Source: Tubulanus polymorphus
Lineage: Eukaryota > Animalia > Nemertea
Assembly (NCBI RefSeq): GCF_964204645.1
Contig: NC_134025.1
Coordinates: 15,847,101 to 15,911,100, forward strand
Length of the DNA: 64,000 nt
Reading direction: 5' to 3'
How positions within the stretch are numbered: position 1 is the first letter of the stretch; each line of letters opens with the position of its first letter. The notes beneath the pieces are model-generated. The model saw only the letters and a list, made by a program, of their open reading frames with translations, did not search any database and was not told the origin of the DNA. The position numbers and the translations under genes are program-made. Positions 60,134-64,000 of the stretch are shown one piece after another.

Positions 60134-60321
60134 TTATTTAAAAAAAAATTTACTTGTGGTGATGAGTGTGTGTCGCCCTCTCGCCCTCTGGTATGAACCC
60201 CTGATATTCCAATGGGGCTCGCCGTCGCTATGGACACCAGGTGGCGTGTGTGCGTTAGTAGCCATCGCGTATCGACTTCCGCTCACTTCCGCGCTCGATT
60301 TCCTACTTTTAAATTGTAATA

Positions 60322-63119
60322 ATGTCAGAGAATTACGGGTCATGGACTGTACCGAAGCTGAAACAAGAGTTAAGCCGACGAGGTGCGGTAACCTATGGGA
60401 GGAAAATCAACCTAATTGAAAGGTAATTTAAATGTCGATCATATTTCCATGCGGTTGATGGTGTTCAGTCGTTTAGTCTGCGCAAAAATGTTGCAATGAT
60501 CATGGAATCAACAGTGATTTTTTGCCAAAATCATCGATGATTCTAGACCTATGCTCAAGTGAAATGAACGTGTTTTAATAGATCCAGAGATGAAAGCTAA
60601 ACCTCAGTGGGTTGTGGGTCAGGGTATAGTACAAGTTTACCGTCACCAGCCCGGGCTGCGAGGATGGCTATGGCCGGTCCCACGCGTCCCGTCCCGCGAT
60701 ATCTTTCATTATTTTTCGGTTTTCATGTCCGGAAAATAAACATAATGCACATAAAAGTCATCGATAAAACGTTTTTTAAATCACTATTTGATATTATGAT
60801 TGCCTTGAGAAGTTTAGATGGCAATGTTTATATCTTGAAATGTAGGGATTATTATCGGGATGTAGGACGCCTTGTCAGCTAACCATCGCAACAGCTGAGT
60901 TACCACTGGCGCCATCTATCGAACATGAATTGAAGCTGATGCCAAATTTTACTGCCAATGTATCCATAAATCATTGGACATGTCTGCTGCTGTGTCTAGT
61001 CTCTATTGAATTTTTATATGTTATTGGAATTATAGTCAGAACCCTGATCAACTTGAGGTGACGGTAAACTGAATACCTTACTTATATACCTTCTTACCAC
61101 AACACAGTTGAGTTAAATACAAATCTGTATGACCATGGACGTATAGACGTCCATGCTTGGAGTAATCATTTCGATGTAACATTTCAACTCTGGGTCAACT
61201 TTCTGTTAGTTGATTGAATGATTTTTGACATTAGATGTTTATATTTCATGATTATTTCGTGTTCATTGCAGATTAGAAGCATACGGCCGTAACAACGATT
61301 TTAGGGGACCGGCCATAACATTACCACAAGAAACAGTTCCGGAATGGCCCACATGCGGTTTCAAACAGCTTACAAATGATCATAAGATTGTATTGCCAAA
61401 ATTCAATATTGACACAGTAACTGCATATTTCACGTATAGAATGGCAATGGACAACCACTGTACCAAAGACATTAAAGCTATTGAGAAGGGTCAGCAGCTC
61501 ATAGAATCGCAACGTGTTCAAGCCTGCAGTATTCTCATCAAAAGCGGAATTGTTTATCTGACTGGATTAGTTGGTGCTGCTATGAAAAAAAAGGTAGGCC
61601 AGTTTTATATTTCATCAAAATAACACAATATTCCCTCCTTTAAATCCACATAAATCTGCAATACAACTGTATTCTTAAAAGGTTGTAATGTAGCAAACAT
61701 TGTTGATTAGTTTATTTTTATATTTCATTGCAGATCTCATACTCGTACCAGATATCATTGTCTCAAACAACTGGTGAATTCAGAAACAGCCATTGTGAGT
61801 GCCCTGCCGGTAAGGGTCCTAATGGGACCTGTAAGCATGTCGCGGCTGTACTTTTGATGTTTGCTAATTTTGTGTCATCAGATGGGCCTAACGCTCCCGA
61901 AATACTTAAATCGTGTACGGAAAATCTACAAACATTCCATAAGCCCAAGTCTGTTTATACTGGTAAGTTGTTTGGTTACATCGCCACCATTCAGCAAATT
62001 CGTACCCTATATATCTTATTTTTTATAAATTCTGATGTAATGGCAATGTTTTACATAATGTACTTGGTTTTCAATTTTTAGCTCGGCTGTGACCTTGTTT
62101 AAATTTACCCGTCACTTCTTAACAGGTTCCCCTGTCAAGGCTGGTGACTTACCTCTATCAAAATCAAAGAAACGCGAGGTATCAATGGAGGATCCAAGGC
62201 CTGTGAAATACCGGAAATCAGCTGGATACGAGGATTATGTCCGGGGAATTGTCCTTAATTACTGCTCTGTATCGTCTTTAGACCTACCCATCAAGTATAA
62301 GTACAAGAAAGCCGATATCAAAACAGCAGCAATTGACCATGATTATCTGAAAAAAACTTTGCTTGAATATTGGGTGGAAAACTCTATTAAGGTAAGTTTT
62401 TAATCAACGTGTCTGAGAGTGACCTATGTTATCCTTCCCTCTGTGCTTATAATTAATATTCCATTTTGCCTTTTCAGTTAAATGAAACACAGGCAATATT
62501 ACTAGAAAGGAGTACTAGGAAGCAGGCAGAATCTAGTCAATGGTTTCAGGAAAGGCAGCTACGATTAACTGCATCTCGTTTCGGTGAAATTGTTTCGCTC
62601 ACGAAAAGGCGCAATATCGACAAATTGTGTAAATCTCTTCACGATAATATTCCGTTGAGAAATGCTGCTGTTTGCCATGGAAAGACATTCGAAAGTAAGG
62701 CGATAGCGGCTTTTGAAGGTAAATTCTCCGTTAAAGTACAGCCTTGCGGACTTCATGTGAGGCCAGATATAGATTATCTAGGCGCGAGCCCAGATGGCCT
62801 TGTGTCTGAGGATGCCATTGTTGAAGTGAAATGTCCGTATCGCGGTAGAAATGAACTTATTGCTCCGGGGCCATACTTCAAGTTTCTTAGTGCAAAAGAT
62901 AAGAAGCTGAAACGTTCGCATAATTACTATGATCAGATTCAAGGACAGTTGCATATTTGCAAACGGAAAATGTGCTATTTCGTTGTTTATACTCATAAGG
63001 ACCTTTATGTAGAGAGGGTTTATCATGATCAAAAACACTGTGAACTATCTCTGCTTCCAAAATTAGAAATCTTTTATAGGAAGTACTATTCAAAGTATTT
63101 AACAATGCATGCGTTCTAA
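60322..63119 (+). CDS. Spliced SAP + SWIM Zn-finger + YqaJ (lambda-exonuclease-like) protein; probable DNA-transposon accessory gene (ISL2EU/Kolobok-type)
   Basis: Exons 60322-60422, 61272-61593, 61734-61962, 62126-62391 and 62478-63119 join in frame via GT-AG. SAP WTVPKLKQELSRRGAVTYGRKINLIERL; SWIM CECPAG..CKH; YqaJ WFQER..LTASRFG, GASPDG, EVKCP, QIQGQL. Confidence 0.85.
60600..61115. mobile_element. Possible non-autonomous TIR element in intron 1
   Basis: Inverted AGTTTACCGTCACC / GGTGACGGTAAACT with imperfect flanking similarity; no clear TSD. Confidence 0.3.
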
Positions 63120-64000
63120 AACATCTAGATTATTCCTGGAGATATAGATCGGATATTTTCCGAAGATTCCATAGTTTTTGGCATTAATATCTTCATACAA
63201 CTAAATTTGTAAATACATGTACATCCCAATTGTATGATATAGATTTCATGTCAATATCGGCTTACTATTTGTTGATACTTTTAAGTTTTAATATTTTTTA
63301 TCATCTATTATCAATATTTTTTATCATATATAGTTATTTCAAACAGATATACTTGTCAGGTTGTGTAGTTATATGCATAATTACTGACGATGGTGGGTCA
63401 AAAGTTTGAAAATTAATGATTTACTCCTTTTCTGACCATATTTCATTACCATGATTATTTATTATTTCATTATGTGCTGCGCCTGACTATGGCATGAATG
63501 CTTTAGTCCCAAAACTCAAACTCTTCCATTTTACATAAAATATCTGTGTTATCATGCATTTTAAAAAGATTTTATGTAGCGTTGTTGTATTTTTGGTTTT
63601 TACCAGTTTTAAATCAATAAAAGGGTTTGTTACTGGAATGAAAATTAGTTTGTCCTTTGAATTGAAAACACTGCAAAAGAGTGGATTAAGTCAAAGTGAA
63701 ATAGGTTATATTGCGCACAGATTTTGAATATCAACGACAGACAATTAATTACAGTCCAGGCCCATAATTGATATCTAAGAATTTGGGATTTACCTAAATA
63801 ATCTATTAAGAGAAACAATGATGTTTCTTTAAAGCAGGGGTTTCGATGAATCTCAAAACAAAACTCAAAAATATATACTTTAGATATCAATTAACAGACA
63901 TTAACAATAAGGTTAAGCAAATTCGTTCACAATAGCTGGTCTGAAATTGCTTATACTGAAACAAACATAAACTATCCTAGAACCCATATTGACTTTACTA

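Larger units (their letters stand above)
43503..60166. mobile_element. Polinton/Maverick-like element B (heavily degenerate)
   Basis: Fragmented orthologues of the A genes (ATPase, integrase, MCP, membrane ORFs, mCP, pPolB), bounded by a ~460-bp inverted duplication. True termini not seen. Confidence 0.9.

Overview
This is eukaryotic, most likely invertebrate animal, genomic DNA: it has GT-AG introns and is dense in transposons. I recognise no host gene, rRNA, tRNA or CRISPR array. The window is dominated by two very AT-rich, degenerating Polinton/Maverick-like endogenous viral elements of one family. Element A spans about 10.6-35.2 kb, with a possible outer terminus at 5.8 kb; element B spans about 43.5-60.2 kb; a relic of a third copy lies at 1-295. 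A and B each encode a protein-primed PolB, an rve integrase with chromodomain, a packaging ATPase, major and minor capsid proteins and several membrane proteins; I found no adenain protease. Three features point to poxvirus-style biology: 25 of 29 element start codons checked sit in TAAATG (the poxvirus late initiator), element B carries a degenerate homologue of poxvirus late transcription factor VLTF-3 (A2), and the A-type terminus is a 170-190 bp hairpin with compensatory changes. Together these suggest a virophage-like satellite of a pox-like cytoplasmic virus (inference). Nested in A is a 6.6-kb CAC...GTG transposon with a spliced RAG1/Transib/CMC-like DDE transposase that carries an inserted SAP domain. 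Also present: a tandem Helitron-like array interrupted by a composite direct-repeat element, 42/50-bp satellites, Harbinger-type MITEs, Penelope fragments with hammerhead motifs, and an intact 5-exon SAP-SWIM-YqaJ gene. All family calls are by eye and from memory; no searches were run.
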